In this document: one piece after another, positions 20,302 through 31,204 of the stretch
How positions within the stretch are numbered: position 1 is the first letter of the stretch
Layout: each line of letters begins with the position of its first letter
Program-made: the position numbers and the translations under genes
The notes under the pieces: generated by a model
The model's input: the letters and a program-made list of their open reading frames with translations, nothing else
Databases searched by the model: none
What the model was told of the DNA's origin: nothing
From: an uncultured delta proteobacterium
GTDB taxonomy: Bacteria; Desulfobacterota; RBG-13-43-22
Assembly (NCBI GenBank): GCA_963843145.1
Contig: CAWJJC010000028.1
Span: 32,001 to 96,000, forward strand
Length of the DNA stretch: 64,000 bases
Direction: 5' to 3'

Positions 20302-20410
20302 ACCCCGGTCATTGCGAGGAGCAAAGTGACGAAGTAATCCCCCAGTCAGCGCATCATCTTCCCAAACCATAACAAGGGGATTGCTTCGCTTTGCTCGCAA
20401 TGACCGGGGT
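20302..20410. repeat. GTCATTGCGAG palindromic repeat pair
   Basis: ACCCCGGTCATTGCGAGG...GGGGATTGCTTCGCTTTGCTCGCAATGACCGGGGT. Confidence 0.85.
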
Positions 20411-20800
20411 GTTCGAATTATTTTCATACTAGGTTGACTCGGAAAATGTCCTTGTAACCCCCTCCAATCCGCTCGATCAATTGTACGGTTTACTGTTCAT
20501 CGAGAGCATAAATTGTATGGAAATCAACCCGGTCAAGGATGCAGAGCCATTCCCCGGGAATATTAAAGCAAACAATCCAAGATCCCGATAATCAATAAGA
20601 AAAGGTTTTCAGATTTCAAGAAAAGGGTTCCGATCCCTGGAGTTTTTCTCCATGGTCTTGTTCTGCTATTTGCAAATATCGTGCAACAACTGGAACCGAT
20701 CTTTTACAACTTTAGTTGTTCCAAATCTGGAGTCGGAAACCTATGAAACCATGCCGAACCTTTTCTATTCCGTTCCCGGCGCGGCGGCTGCAGGCATCTC

Positions 20801-20846
20801 TTGACATAACTTCATTATGCATTATAATTATGTATAGAATTATGCG
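20801..20846 (+). promoter_or_regulatory. sigma70 promoter of vapBC with repeated ATTATG motifs
   Basis: TTGACA (20801)-16 nt-TATAAT (20823); three ATTATG copies. Confidence 0.6.
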
Positions 20847-20866
20847 CATCAAGGGAGGAAACAACC

Positions 20867-21100
20867 ATGCGGGTTACGGCGAATATTCCGGACAGGGTAG
20901 TCCAGGATCTGAAAATTCAGGCTACTAAAGAACGGAAATCGGTGTCTTCCCTGGTTTCTGAATTCATTGAGTACGGCATCAAAGACAAGAAAAAAAAGGC
21001 CGCCAAAGCGAACATAATACAGATGATAGGAAAGGTAAAAATAGACCTGGACACCCTTAAGGTGTTGGACGAAATGAGGTCCGAAGATGACCGGGCTTGA
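20867..21100 (+). CDS. VapB-like RHH antitoxin
   Basis: 77 aa, MRVTANIPD..V..LK; overlaps the PIN toxin. Confidence 0.8.
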   Translation: MRVTANIPDRVVQDLKIQATKERKSVSSLVSEFIEYGIKDKKKKAAKANIIQMIGKVKIDLDTLKVLDEMRSEDDRA

Positions 21101-21476
21101 TACCGGGTTCTTCGTCAAACTTCTAAAGGGAGACCGTCAGGCCATTAGCCTATTTGAACAGATGGACGAGGATGCCGATCTATGCGTTTCCTGTCTGACG
21201 ATTTTTGAACTGAAAAGGCTTTCCCTCAGAGGGGCGCTGAAAAAAGATGCCGTCAATAAACTCATTGAAAATATACTGTCGCTTTGCCGTATTTCCTGGC
21301 TCGACCACATAGAAATTCATGACTTTGCCGCCGGCCTTTCTCATGGACTAGGAATACCTGCTGTGGATTCGCTGATTTTGGCAGGATTCATATTGAATGG
21401 CTCGGAAACAATCTATACCACCGATTCCCACCTGGAAAAGTACGTCAAAAAGGGTGTCCAGGTCATTAAACTATAA
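21087..21476 (+). CDS. vapC: VapC PIN-domain toxin
   Basis: LDTGFF, E in TIFEL, DSLI, YTTD acidic PIN residues. Confidence 0.88.
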   Translation: MTGLDTGFFVKLLKGDRQAISLFEQMDEDADLCVSCLTIFELKRLSLRGALKKDAVNKLIENILSLCRISWLDHIEIHDFAAGLSHGLGIPAVDSLILAGFILNGSETIYTTDSHLEKYVKKGVQVIKL

Positions 21477-21697
21477 TGGTTGGGGATTATCTTAAATGTT
21501 TTAGGGGGCGCGGGGGGGTACCCCTTCGTCAGCCTGACCGGATGCAAACTGGCCGACAGCGCCGGGACGGAGATTACCTCCACCTGCCAGGCCGGCCTGA
21601 TTCCATCGTGCAGGATAATAGCCCGTGGGAATTTTACCGCCCGCTTATTTTTAAAAAGTAGCAGGTCAGTGAATAAAAGAAGAACTTGCCAGAAGTC

Positions 21698-21795
21698 GTC
21701 ATTGCGACCTTGGACGTGTCCCTCGTGAAGAAATCCCTCAGCGCCAACTAAGTCATTCCTGGGGATTGCTTCGTCGCTTCGCTCCTCGCAATGAC
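21698..21795. repeat. GTCATTGCGA palindromic repeat pair
   Basis: Closely resembles 13143-13241; a partial copy is also at ~32993-33037. Confidence 0.85.
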
Positions 21796-21866
21796 AGATT
21801 GGAGGGCTTTTGGCGAAACCAGCAATGGGGATAACCTTCCCAAAAATCCCTTGATGTCATACTTTG

Positions 21867-22277
21867 CTATTTGTTCACCAAGGGGTACTTGGCCTCGACC
21901 CATTCCCACCAGCCGCCTTTCAGGACGGAAACCTGAGTATAGCCATTGTCGATAAATTTTTGCGCTACCCGAGCGCTCGTGGCTTCGGTTGGTCAGGCGC
22001 AGTAAAAGATCAAGGTCTTGTCCTTGGGGTATTTGGCCATCCAGCTTTCCACTTTCCCCGGGTCTTCAATCACCGCTCCCGGGATCTTCTGGTTGCTTTT
22101 TTCCTGATCAAGGTCGGTGCGGACGTCAAGAATGATTACATTTTCTTTCCCCATCATCCCCTTGAGTTCCTGTTTCGTAATTCGCGGAACATCCGCGGCC
22201 CAGGAGGGAATAGCGAAAGCCAGCACGAGGAAGAACGATAAAATCCCAAATCCCGTTTCTCTTCTATTTCTGTTCAT
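21867..22277 (-). CDS. Exported rhodanese-related selenoprotein (YCA-U)
   Basis: TGA at 21993-21995 reads through to PTEATSARVAQKFIDNGYTQVSVLKGGWWEWVEAKYPLVNK*, completing the rhodanese fold; hairpin GCGCT-CGGGT-AGCGC 16 nt after UGA. Confidence 0.9.
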
Positions 22278-22534
22278 TTACATTTCTCCTTCCAGATAAG
22301 GATAAGGACTAAAAAGGGAGAAATCAATAGAATTTCTGGTAAAATTTTAATATGCCCCCACCGGTTTGCTGGGTGAAAACCGAAGGTCTTTAAAGAGAAA
22401 AATCAGGTTCGAATTTTTTCCCTGGGCCTAAGGCGCGGTCGGCGAGAAGAGGAAGGGATAAGGATTTTTTCTTTGACGGTCTGTCCGATTAATGTTAATT
22501 ATTTAATTATGTTAGGATTGTTTCCCAGGGAAAA

Positions 22535-23414
22535 GTGAAAACCGGCCTCTTGAAAAAACTGGCAGGGATGGTTTTTTTGATGGTCCTTCCGGCCGCCGGT
22601 TGCGTTTCCAGCGGTTCGATGGTGGCCGATGGGGCCACTGCGCTTTATGAAGGACGTGGCTTCGGCGGTTAGCCGGCAATCGGATCTGGTTCTGGTCCGT
22701 CAGGGTGTTCCTTCCTACTTGATGCTCATCGACGGGATGAGCCAGCGTTACCCGGATAATGCCGCCCTCTTACTGGCCGGAGCCCAGGCCTACTCCTCCT
22801 ACGCGGCTATTTTAGAGGAAAGCGAACAGGGGCGCGCCGTGGCCCTGTATGCCCGGGCCAAGGCCCAGGCCTTGAAAGCCCTGGATTTGCATCCCAGCCT
22901 GAAGGGGTTTCAAGGACAGCCGCTGCGTTTTTTTCAGGAGCAATTGGTTCAAACAACCGGGGAAGACGTGCCTCTGCTTTTTGGGGCGGGCAGCGTCTGG
23001 GGGAGCTGGATCGCCAACAGCCCGGACGGGGTGGAGGCCATGGCCGAGCTGCCCTGGGTGGAGGCGCTCATGGAACGGGTCCTGCAGCTTGATCCCGGTT
23101 ATTACTACGGGGGCGCCCACCTTTTCAAAGGGATTCTCCTGTCCGCCCGGCCGGAGCAGTTCGGCGGGAATTTAAAGAAAGCCAATGAACATTTTCAGGA
23201 AGCGTTGCGTTGGGGTAAGGGCAAGTTTCTGATGACGGAGGTCTACTACGCCCAGTATTACGCCCGGCAGCGGCTGGACCGGGATCTCTTCGAAAAGACG
23301 TTAAAACACGTTCTGGAGACGCCGGTCGATCAGGACCCGGAACTGACTTTGCTAAATACCCTGGCCAAACAGAAAGCCCAAAAGTTACTGGAACAAGTGG
23401 ACGAGTTTTTTTGA
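22535..23414 (+). CDS. TPAT/TRAP TatT component lipoprotein (indel near 22641)
   Basis: TPR-like TatT sequence (LDPGYYYGGAH, QFGGN, YAQYYA); an upstream frame from GTG 22535 gives a signal peptide with lipobox AAG-C. Confidence 0.85.
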
Positions 23415-23493
23415 GCGGGAAGGGAAAGATTTATAAAAGGTCCGGAGGAGACTGCCGGTTTGAGTTATCGCAAACCCATTGGGAGTTAAGGCC

Positions 23494-24510
23494 GTGAAAA
23501 AAAAATGGAACTTTTTGGGAATGGTTTTTACCGGTTTGTTGCTTTTTTCAGTGGCGTCCGGTGAAGCGGCCGGCGACAAGGTCGTTTTGAAGATCGGCAC
23601 CTTGGCCCCGGAAGGGAGTATCTGGACGAAAGCCTTCCGGGACATCAGTCAGGAATTGGAACAGAAAACCGGCAAACAGGTCAGCCTGCGGGTTTTCCCG
23701 GGTGGTGTCCAAGGCGACGAGGAGGATATGCTCCGCAAGATCAAAGTGGGACAACTCCAGGGAGGCTTTTTTACCGGCGGTGGCCTGGGGCTGATATTCA
23801 AGGATATTAAAATACTGTCCATCCCCTTCCTCTTTGAGAATTACAATGAGGTGGACGCCGTGATGGCCAAGGAGTCCGGTTTTCTGGAAAAGGGTTTCTG
23901 GGATAACGGATATAAAATCATGGGTTGGGGGGAAAACGGATTTATCTATCTCCTGTCCAAAGAGCCGATCAAGAGCGCCGCCGACCTCAAAAAGGGAAAG
24001 GTCTGGATCTGGGAGGATACCGCTATTGGGAAAGCGGTTTTTAAAGAAGTGGGCGTCAATCCGGTTCCCCTGGGTATCCCGGATGTTTTGGTGTCGCTGC
24101 AAACCGGGATGATCGATACGGTCTACGCCTCCCCCCTGGCCGCTATTTCCATGCAGTGGTTTACCCGAGTTTCCTATTTGACCAACCTGCCCCTTTCCTA
24201 TTCGGTGGGGGCCCTGGTCATGCAGAAAACCGCCCTGGACAAAATTCCGACCGCTCAACGGGGCTTGGTGGAGGAGATTTTTAAACGGCACCTGGAGCCC
24301 ATGAAAGGTCTGGTGCGCCAGGAAAACCAGAAGGCCCTGGGGGTGATGACCAAACAGGGAATAAAGATCGTTACCCCCGCAGCCAGGGACACCAAAGAAT
24401 TACGGGCCTCGGTCTTCAAAGCCATGGATTCATTGGGAGAGGAACAATTTTCCAAGAAAACCTTTGAAGAGATTAAGGCCTTCCTAAAAACCATGCGCAA
24501 GGAAAACTGA
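23494..24510 (+). CDS. dctP: TRAP substrate-binding protein DctP
   Basis: LKIGTLAPEGS.W, FPGGVQGDE, LQTGMID. Confidence 0.92.
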   Translation: MKKKWNFLGMVFTGLLLFSVASGEAAGDKVVLKIGTLAPEGSIWTKAFRDISQELEQKTGKQVSLRVFPGGVQGDEEDMLRKIKVGQLQGGFFTGGGLGLIFKDIKILSIPFLFENYNEVDAVMAKESGFLEKGFWDNGYKIMGWGENGFIYLLSKEPIKSAADLKKGKVWIWEDTAIGKAVFKEVGVNPVPLGIPDVLVSLQTGMIDTVYASPLAAISMQWFTRVSYLTNLPLSYSVGALVMQKTALDKIPTAQRGLVEEIFKRHLEPMKGLVRQENQKALGVMTKQGIKIVTPAARDTKELRASVFKAMDSLGEEQFSKKTFEEIKAFLKTMRKEN

Positions 24511-24541
24511 GTTACTGACCTTTCTAAGCTCGGCCAACCTC

Positions 24542-24570
24542 CTGGATGCCGGATCGAGTCCGGCATGACG
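24542..24570. repeat. Short REP-like palindrome
   Basis: CTGGATGCCGGA-TCGAG-TCCGGCATGACG hairpin between dctP and dctQ. Confidence 0.55.
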
Positions 24571-24620
24571 AAAAAAAACTGCTCGAAGAACCCTAAAAAC
24601 GATGTTCGATTTGATTTCCC

Positions 24621-25091
24621 ATGTGGCCGCGAATCAACAGCTTTTTAAATAAACTGGAAGAAGTCCTGCTGATATTCCTCCTGGCGTTGATGGTCTTGTT
24701 GGCCTTTCTGCCCATTTTGTTCCGTAACCTTATTGCCATTGGGCTCATCTGGATCGATCCGCTGGTTCGTCATCTGGTCTTATGGGTAGCCCTGCTGGGC
24801 GCTTCCCTGGCCACCCGCCAGGAACGGCATATAAAAATTGACTTGCTCTCCAACTATCTGCCGGCGGCCAAACAACGGTTGGTCCAGGGAGGTTTGGATT
24901 TCCTGTCGGCCCTGGTCTGTTTAAGCCTGGTTTGGCCGGGCATCGAATTCGTCCGGGATGAGGCCCAGGTCGGCAAGTTTCTGATCCTGGGCATCCCGTT
25001 GTGGTTTTCTCAAGCCATCATACCGGTCATGCTGGGCGTTATCGGCGTTCGATTTATATTCGCCGGCTGGCGCCATCTCCGTCACTCCTAA
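24621..25091 (+). CDS. dctQ: TRAP small permease DctQ
   Basis: Four TM segments, LGASLA...HIKIDL. Confidence 0.9.
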   Translation: MWPRINSFLNKLEEVLLIFLLALMVLLAFLPILFRNLIAIGLIWIDPLVRHLVLWVALLGASLATRQERHIKIDLLSNYLPAAKQRLVQGGLDFLSALVCLSLVWPGIEFVRDEAQVGKFLILGIPLWFSQAIIPVMLGVIGVRFIFAGWRHLRHS

Positions 25092-25102
25092 CGGCCTCCG
25101 GC

Positions 25103-26359
25103 ATGGGATTCGTCTCCACCTTCCTGACCGTCCTGCTGGCCCTGGCCGGCACCCCGCTGTTTATCGTCATCGCCCTCAGCGGACTTATTTTTCTTTACTC
25201 CAGCGGCATCTCTTTTTCCGCGCTGATCATTGAAATCTATAAACTGGCCCATACCCCCATGCTGGTGGCCCTGCCGCTTTTTGCTTTGGCCGGGTATATC
25301 CTGGCGGCCAGTAAAGCAGCCCAGCGCCTGGTCCGGCTTTCGCAGGCCCTGCTGGGTTGGCTGCCCGGAGGACTGGCGATCATCGCGCTGTTTTTTTCGG
25401 CGATTTTTACGGCGCTGACCGGGGCGAGCGGGTTGACGATCGTAGCCCTGGGCGGACTGCTGTTCCCGGCTTTAAAATCACAAGGGTACCCTGAAAAATT
25501 TTCCCTGGGGCTCCTGACCACGTCGGGGACCCTGGGGCTTCTTTTCCCGCCCAGCCTGCCGCTGATTCTCTACGGCGTGGTGGCCCGGACCAGTATTGAC
25601 CAACTTTTTTTGGCCGGCATTCTCCCGGGTCTGGTCATAGTGATCCTCCTTTCGGTTTACAGTTTTTGGAAAGGTCTTCGGTCGGGCGCCGTCCGGCACC
25701 GATTCACCCTGCGGGAAGTAGGGCAGGCCCTCCGGGACTCGATTTGGGAAATCCCTTTACCGCTGGTGGTCCTGGGCGGCATTTACAGCGGGTTGGTAGC
25801 TATCAGTGAGGCCGCGGCCCTGACCGTGTTGTACATTTTGATCGTGGAGGTGGGAGTCTATCGGGACGTGAAAATAAAAGAACTCCCGCCGATCATTCTG
25901 AAAAGTACCATCTTGGTCGGAGGGATCCTGATTATCCTCGGGGTTTCCTTCGGGTTAACCAACACCTTGATCAATGCAGAGATCCCCATGAAGGTTCTGG
26001 ATTTTCTAAAAGGACATGTGGAAAGTCCCCTGGCCTTTCTGGTCTGGATGAATCTTTTCCTGTTAGGGGCCGGATGCCTGTTGGGATTGTTTCCGGCCCT
26101 GACGATCCTGGTCCCTCTAATTCTTCCCGTGGCCCAGGCCTACGATATCCATCCGGTCCATTTGGGGATTATCCTTTTGACCAACCTGGAAATCGGCGCT
26201 TCCTTGCCGCCGGTGGGGATCAACCTGTTTGTTTCCAGTATGCGCTTCGAACGGCCGGTCCTGGATCTCTATAAGGCCTCCATCCCCTTTATTATCATCT
26301 TACTGCTGGCCCTGATTATTATCACCTACTGGTCGTGGTTGAGTCTGGCCTTCCTTTAG
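25103..26359 (+). CDS. dctM: TRAP large permease DctM
   Basis: Polytopic; TGASG, GLLFPPSLPLILYG, PPVGINLFV. Confidence 0.92.
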   Translation: MGFVSTFLTVLLALAGTPLFIVIALSGLIFLYSSGISFSALIIEIYKLAHTPMLVALPLFALAGYILAASKAAQRLVRLSQALLGWLPGGLAIIALFFSAIFTALTGASGLTIVALGGLLFPALKSQGYPEKFSLGLLTTSGTLGLLFPPSLPLILYGVVARTSIDQLFLAGILPGLVIVILLSVYSFWKGLRSGAVRHRFTLREVGQALRDSIWEIPLPLVVLGGIYSGLVAISEAAALTVLYILIVEVGVYRDVKIKELPPIILKSTILVGGILIILGVSFGLTNTLINAEIPMKVLDFLKGHVESPLAFLVWMNLFLLGAGCLLGLFPALTILVPLILPVAQAYDIHPVHLGIILLTNLEIGASLPPVGINLFVSSMRFERPVLDLYKASIPFIIILLLALIIITYWSWLSLAFL

Positions 26360-26402
26360 CTGATGGATATCTTTTAACGAAGGATTGGGGGAGGAACCCC
26401 TG

Positions 26403-27183
26403 ATGGAACCCGAAAAACAGGCAGCCGACTGGATCCTGCAATCCCAGCGTCTGGTGGTTTTTACCGGCGCCGGGTTGAGCACCGAATCGGGCATTCCGGA
26501 TTTCCGCAGTCCCGGCGGGGTCTGGAGCCGGTACAATCCGGCCGATTTTGATTTTCAGAACTTTCTGGCCAGGGAAGCCAGTCGGGAAAAATACTGGCAG
26601 ATGGCTACGGAAATGTATGCCTCGATCCGGGAAGCCCGGCCGAACGCCGCACACCGGGCCATTTATGAACTGGACCGATTGGGAAAGCTCGACGTCGTCA
26701 TTACCCAGAATATTGACGGCCTCCATGAAAGGGCCGGCCTTGAATCGGAAAAAATCATCGAACTGCACGGCACGGCGCTCCATGTTTCCTGCCTGAATTG
26801 CGGCAAAAGATATAACCGTGAAGAAATCCAGGGTCGAATCAAAGCAGGGATCCAAAGCCCCGGCCTGCGACGACTGCCAAGGACCGCTAAAACCAGCCAC
26901 TATCTCCTTCGGACAGGCCATGCCGGAGCGGGAGACCCGGGAAGCTTATCGACGATCAGCCGCCTCCGACCTTTTTATCGTCATAGGTTCTTCCCTGGTG
27001 GTGCAACCGGCCGCCTCCCTGCCGCTGGCGGCCAAACGGGGCGGCGCCCGCCTGGTGATTATCAACCGGGATCCGACCCCTTACGATGATCTGGCGGACC
27101 TGGTTATCCCGGGCCAGGCAGGACGGATCCTGCCCGCGATTCTGGAACGGGTTAAAGAGGGGATAAAAAAGAAAGGAAATTAG
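26403..27183 (+). CDS. cobB: Sirtuin NAD-dependent deacylase (frameshift near 26850)
   Basis: TGAGLSTESGIPDFRS, TQNIDGLH, ELHG, CxxC...CxxC, GSSLVVQPAA split over two frames. Confidence 0.9.
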
Positions 27184-27252
27184 GAAACGTACCAAGGCCT
27201 GGGTAAATAAGTCTTTTTTGCTTCCATCTTCCATCTTCCGCTTCCCCTCTCT

Positions 27253-29089
27253 CTAGTCGTGCCTCTCTTTCTTTTTATGGTCCTTGTCGCCGGGTTCCAT
27301 TTTTTTCAGGTAGTCCCGGGCCACCGTATTCCGGGGATTCAGACGACTCGCCTCCTGGAAATAAGAGCGGGCCTGCCTGAAATTTTTCTTGCGCAGGTAA
27401 ACGATGCCGATGTTGGTCAGCACTTCGTCCTGGTAGGGGGGGGGACAAGGCCCGGCACCACTCCAGGTGTTGAATGGCCAGGTCGTAATTGCCTTGGATG
27501 AGATGGATATAGCCGAGGTTGAAATAGGCCTCCGGAATCCGGTTATTGATATTCAGCGCTCGTTGGTATTCCTGAATGGCGGCCGGGTACTGCTGTTTTT
27601 GTGTTAATAGACGTCCCAATTGAAAATGGACTTCAAAATTTTGGGGCGCCTGGACCGCGGCCTGTTCCAATAGGGTCTGGGCCTGATCCATATCGGTCTT
27701 CCACAGGGCTTTAGCCTGCTGAAGCAATTGTTCCGCCTGAGAGGGAGATTGAATCCCGTTAGTTCCCTGGGATGTGGCGTTCAAAGGGGATGAAGGAGGA
27801 ATGGTCGGGGCGGTTAGCGGTCCTGCCGGAGTCGATCCGACGGTCGTCTTTTGAGGAGCCGCTGGCGGGCTGGCGGAGGGAATCAAATTGCCTCCCGGAT
27901 TATTGACCAGCCGGATGATCACCAGGATCAGCGCCAGGATAAGGGCGAAAAAAATGGATCCGATCAGTATGATTTTGGGGCCGGATTTTGGGCCTTTGAT
28001 ATCAGGTTCCGGCTCTTTTTCTGGGACGGTAGCGGGCCTGGAAAGCGGCTTTTCCTGAACGGGAGAACTGGGCGGGGAAAGGGGCTGAGTCTTTTCCGGA
28101 CTGATTGACTCGGATGGAGCCGATAAGGCCTGGGGACCAGGAACGCTTTCCTGAATCGGCGGTTTCTCGGGTCCTTCGTCGGACAGAGGTCGAGGGGGGA
28201 GCGGTTCGATTTTATGGTCTACCAGGGTGGTGGATCCCTCGCCCGATCCCAGGGGCTGGAAGGCCGTTAAGGCATCCAGCATTTCCTGCGGGGTTTGATA
28301 ACGCCTGGCCGGATCTTTGGCCATGGCCTTGGTGCAGATGATTCCCAGCTCCTCGGGTATATGGGGATTGATCAGTTTCGGAAAGGTCGGGTTCTGTTGC
28401 ACCACCTGTTGGACGATGGTGGCGGTCGATTCGCCATCAAAGGGTTTTTCCCCGGTCAACACCCGGTAAAGCAGAGTCCCCACGGAAAAAATGTCCGAAC
28501 GGATATCCCCTCGTTGGCCTAAGATGGCTTCCGGGGACATATAAAAAGGACTGCCGGCCCCTGTTAGGGCCACGGTAGCGGCCATGGAAGGGATCTTGAC
28601 TTGGCCAAAATCGGTAATCTTGATCCGTCCGTTCCGTTGAATTAAGATATTGGCCGGTTTCAGGTTCCGATGAATGATGTTTTTCTCATAAGCGGCCTGG
28701 AGAGCGGATAACACCTGGCGGAAGAGCGGCAGGGCCGTTTCCAGCGGCAGGGCCCCCTGCTCATTGAGCAAATCGTCCAGGGACTTGCCCAGGACAAATT
28801 CCGTGCAGATATAGCGAAAGCTTTCGGTTTCTCCAACTTCCAAAACAGCGGCCACCTGGGGATGCTCCAGCTCTCGGAGTGCCCGGGCTTCCTCGAAAAA
28901 AGGCTTTTCCGCCTCTTCAGGGATTTCGCCGGGGTCTCCGGTGGATTTCAGAAACAGCTTCAGAGTGACGGTTTGTTGATTTGTTGTATCCGTGGCCCGG
29001 TAAACGAACCCCAGGGGCCCTCGGCCTATAAACTCGGTGATCTGGTAGTGTTCAAAAGCCTGACCAACCAGTTCGAAAGGAATAAACAT
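27253..29089 (-). CDS. Membrane Hanks-type Ser/Thr kinase-like protein with Pro-rich linker and TPRs (frameshift in the G9 run at 27436-27444)
   Basis: HRNLKPANIL, DFG, GSPFYMSPE, TM helix, TPRs; the shifted frame continues with a further TPR to TAG at 27253. Confidence 0.88.
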
Positions 29090-29115
29090 GCGATCCTCTT
29101 GTAAGATTATTAGAA

Positions 29116-29150
29116 ATCCCTCCCCGCCTCCCTTTTCAAAAGGGGGGGAT
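29116..29150. repeat. CCCTTTTCAAAAGGG palindrome (REP-like or terminator)
   Basis: CTCCCTTTT-C-AAAAGGGGG hairpin in an intergenic region. Confidence 0.45.
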
Positions 29151-29210
29151 TAGTCGCATCGTTATCTTAAATCAAAGGAAAGGCCGCTCCGCGCTTAGCG
29201 CTCCGCGTTT

Positions 29211-29942
29211 TTATTTTTGCGTTCCTACGGGCCGGGCGTTTTTAAGCATGGAGATTGGCTTGGCCATTTCTAAAATATGGGCATGAAGAGGTTCCAGTAG
29301 GGATCCGGGAAGGCCCATCATCAGATGGCAGGCATCAATAGCTGACTTGATCCGGCAGCCCAAACCCAAAAAGGTCACATTGGGCTGCCCTTCCAGAAGC
29401 GGCCAGGCGGTGATGTCGGCGCAGCCGCCCAAAGCCCCGCCGGATTGGGGCAGCTCCTGGCGACCGCCCTTTTCATAGTTCAAGGCATAGAGTAGCCACA
29501 TAACCTGCTCGCTGCTGGCGGTAAAGACTACGACCTCCGGAAGGCCGGCAAAGGCCTTCAAGGGGGCGATGAGCACCGACTGGGTTTTTCCTTTGGGGAG
29601 GTAAGTGGATTTCAGCAGGGTTTCGGCGGAGGCTTCTTCCGTCGCAAAAAGGCCAACCCCATATTTTTCCAGCACCCCGTCATCCAAGAAGGCCTCGATC
29701 TCCTCTTCCATCCCCAGGACCGAGGTGCCCAGCTTGCAGCCCAACTGCTCTTTTCTTAAGAGCAGCGTGCGGCCCTCACCAGCCAGGACCAGGGCCTGGC
29801 AATAGCTTTTCAAATTATCCGGACAAAAAGGAATTCCAGACGGCGTTTCTTCTCCTTCCCGGAAAAGGGTGATCCCCACCGGGGCATATTGGAGTTCCAG
29901 ATGTTCGATCAGATCTTGGGAAATGGATTTCAAATCGGCCAA
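29211..29942 (-). CDS. DUF169 family protein
   Basis: PVGITL, YCQ, LGC, GGCAD, FLGLGCR Cys pattern. Confidence 0.78.
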   Translation of the reverse strand: MADLKSISQDLIEHLELQYAPVGITLFREGEETPSGIPFCPDNLKSYCQALVLAGEGRTLLLRKEQLGCKLGTSVLGMEEEIEAFLDDGVLEKYGVGLFATEEASAETLLKSTYLPKGKTQSVLIAPLKAFAGLPEVVVFTASSEQVMWLLYALNYEKGGRQELPQSGGALGGCADITAWPLLEGQPNVTFLGLGCRIKSAIDACHLMMGLPGSLLEPLHAHILEMAKPISMLKNARPVGTQK

Positions 29943-30007
29943 GGCAATTTCCTCCCGCAGGGTTTTTCGATCTTTATCACACCTTGGCCGATCAAAGCAA
30001 ATATCTT

Positions 30008-30836
30008 TTAGGTAAAGAGTAGCCGGGAAAGAATGGCCAGCGACTCCTGGAGTTCATCCGGGCTGAAAAGTTCCAGGGTGACCCATTTTCGGTATCCGGA
30101 CTCCTTTAAAAAGGCCAACCACTTTTGAAGACGTTCCACCGGCAGGTGCGTCAGACTCAGGTGTTCATCGTACCCGCTGACACCATGCAGATGGATCTCC
30201 TGAATCTGCCCGTCGTATTCCCGGAGCTGGTCCAGCACTGTTTCCCGACCCAGGAGCAGGTGGCCCAGATCGAGGCATAACCGGCAAAGGCTTTCCTTTA
30301 AAAAAGGTTCCAGGAAGCGGGGGGAATAGTTGATATTTTCCACCAGCAACGCTTCCGGAGAAGGCCAAACGGCCTTAAGCGCTTTTAAAGCCTCGCCTGC
30401 CCTTATGCTCCACCCGGTCCAATCTCCGGGGGGGTGTCTCGACTTAAAGTAGAAGTCTGGGACCGGAACCAAAGTCGGAGGTGAAAAGGGCAGGTGAAGG
30501 ATAAAATGTGCGGGGTCCAGGTCTTCCAGTCGGCCGCAGATCTCACGGATTGTTTTGACGGACTCGCCTTGGAGGTTTTTGTCCGTCGAGGCCGGTTCCA
30601 GGGAGGCCGGCAGATGGACTGTGAAACCAATCCCTTCCCCGGCGCCGATTTTTTTTAGTTCACGGATCTCCTCGGCCGTGGGCAGATTATGCAGGTCCGG
30701 GGTCCGGAAGAGGACGATCTCCACATAATCAACCAGAGGGGATAATCGCCGAACGTTCTCCAATAAATTCTCCCCAAAAACCATGGAGGTCGTCCCAATT
30801 TTAAATGGGAAATCATAAGGTCTTCTTCTTTCGCAT
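30008..30836 (-). CDS. cbiR: Cobamide-remodelling phosphodiesterase CbiR-like (AP endonuclease 2 fold); start affected by an indel
   Basis: FPFKIGTTS upstream of the called ATG, FTVHLP, LVEN, CLDLGH, IHLHG...H, TLELFS. Confidence 0.75.
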
Positions 30837-30937
30837 CAGTTAATATAGATTGCCAAGTGGGTTTCTGACAAGGATAATAGAATATGAACCATTTGCCTAC
30901 AACCGCTATTTTGATCGGTTAGATAAAAGGCCTTCCC

Positions 30938-31204
30938 GTGAGTGACGAATTCCTTTTGGATCAACTCGAAGCGCTGGCCCATAAGCTGGGGATCAAGGTT
31001 CGCTACGAGATCGTAAACCTGGAAGAATCGTCCAGTGCGGGAGGGCTCTGTCGTTTGAAAGGGGAATATGTTTTGATTATCCACGCCCTGGCGACGGTGA
31101 AGGAGAAAATAGAAATCATGGTCGGGGTGCTGACGCGGTTTCCTCTCGGGGACATCTATATCAGGCCGGTGATTAGGGAACTGCTGGATGGAACTAAAGA
31201 ATGA
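30938..31204 (+). CDS. Small hypothetical protein
   Basis: LAHKLGIKVRYE...GGLCRLKG...IYIRPVIRELL; host-like codon use. Confidence 0.7.
   Translation: MSDEFLLDQLEALAHKLGIKVRYEIVNLEESSSAGGLCRLKGEYVLIIHALATVKEKIEIMVGVLTRFPLGDIYIRPVIRELLDGTKE

Noticed and set aside
26403-27183. Sirtuin as a Thoeris/DSR-type NADase effector
   Set aside because: It has the Zn-binding CxxC pairs and length of housekeeping CobB and sits in a transporter operon.
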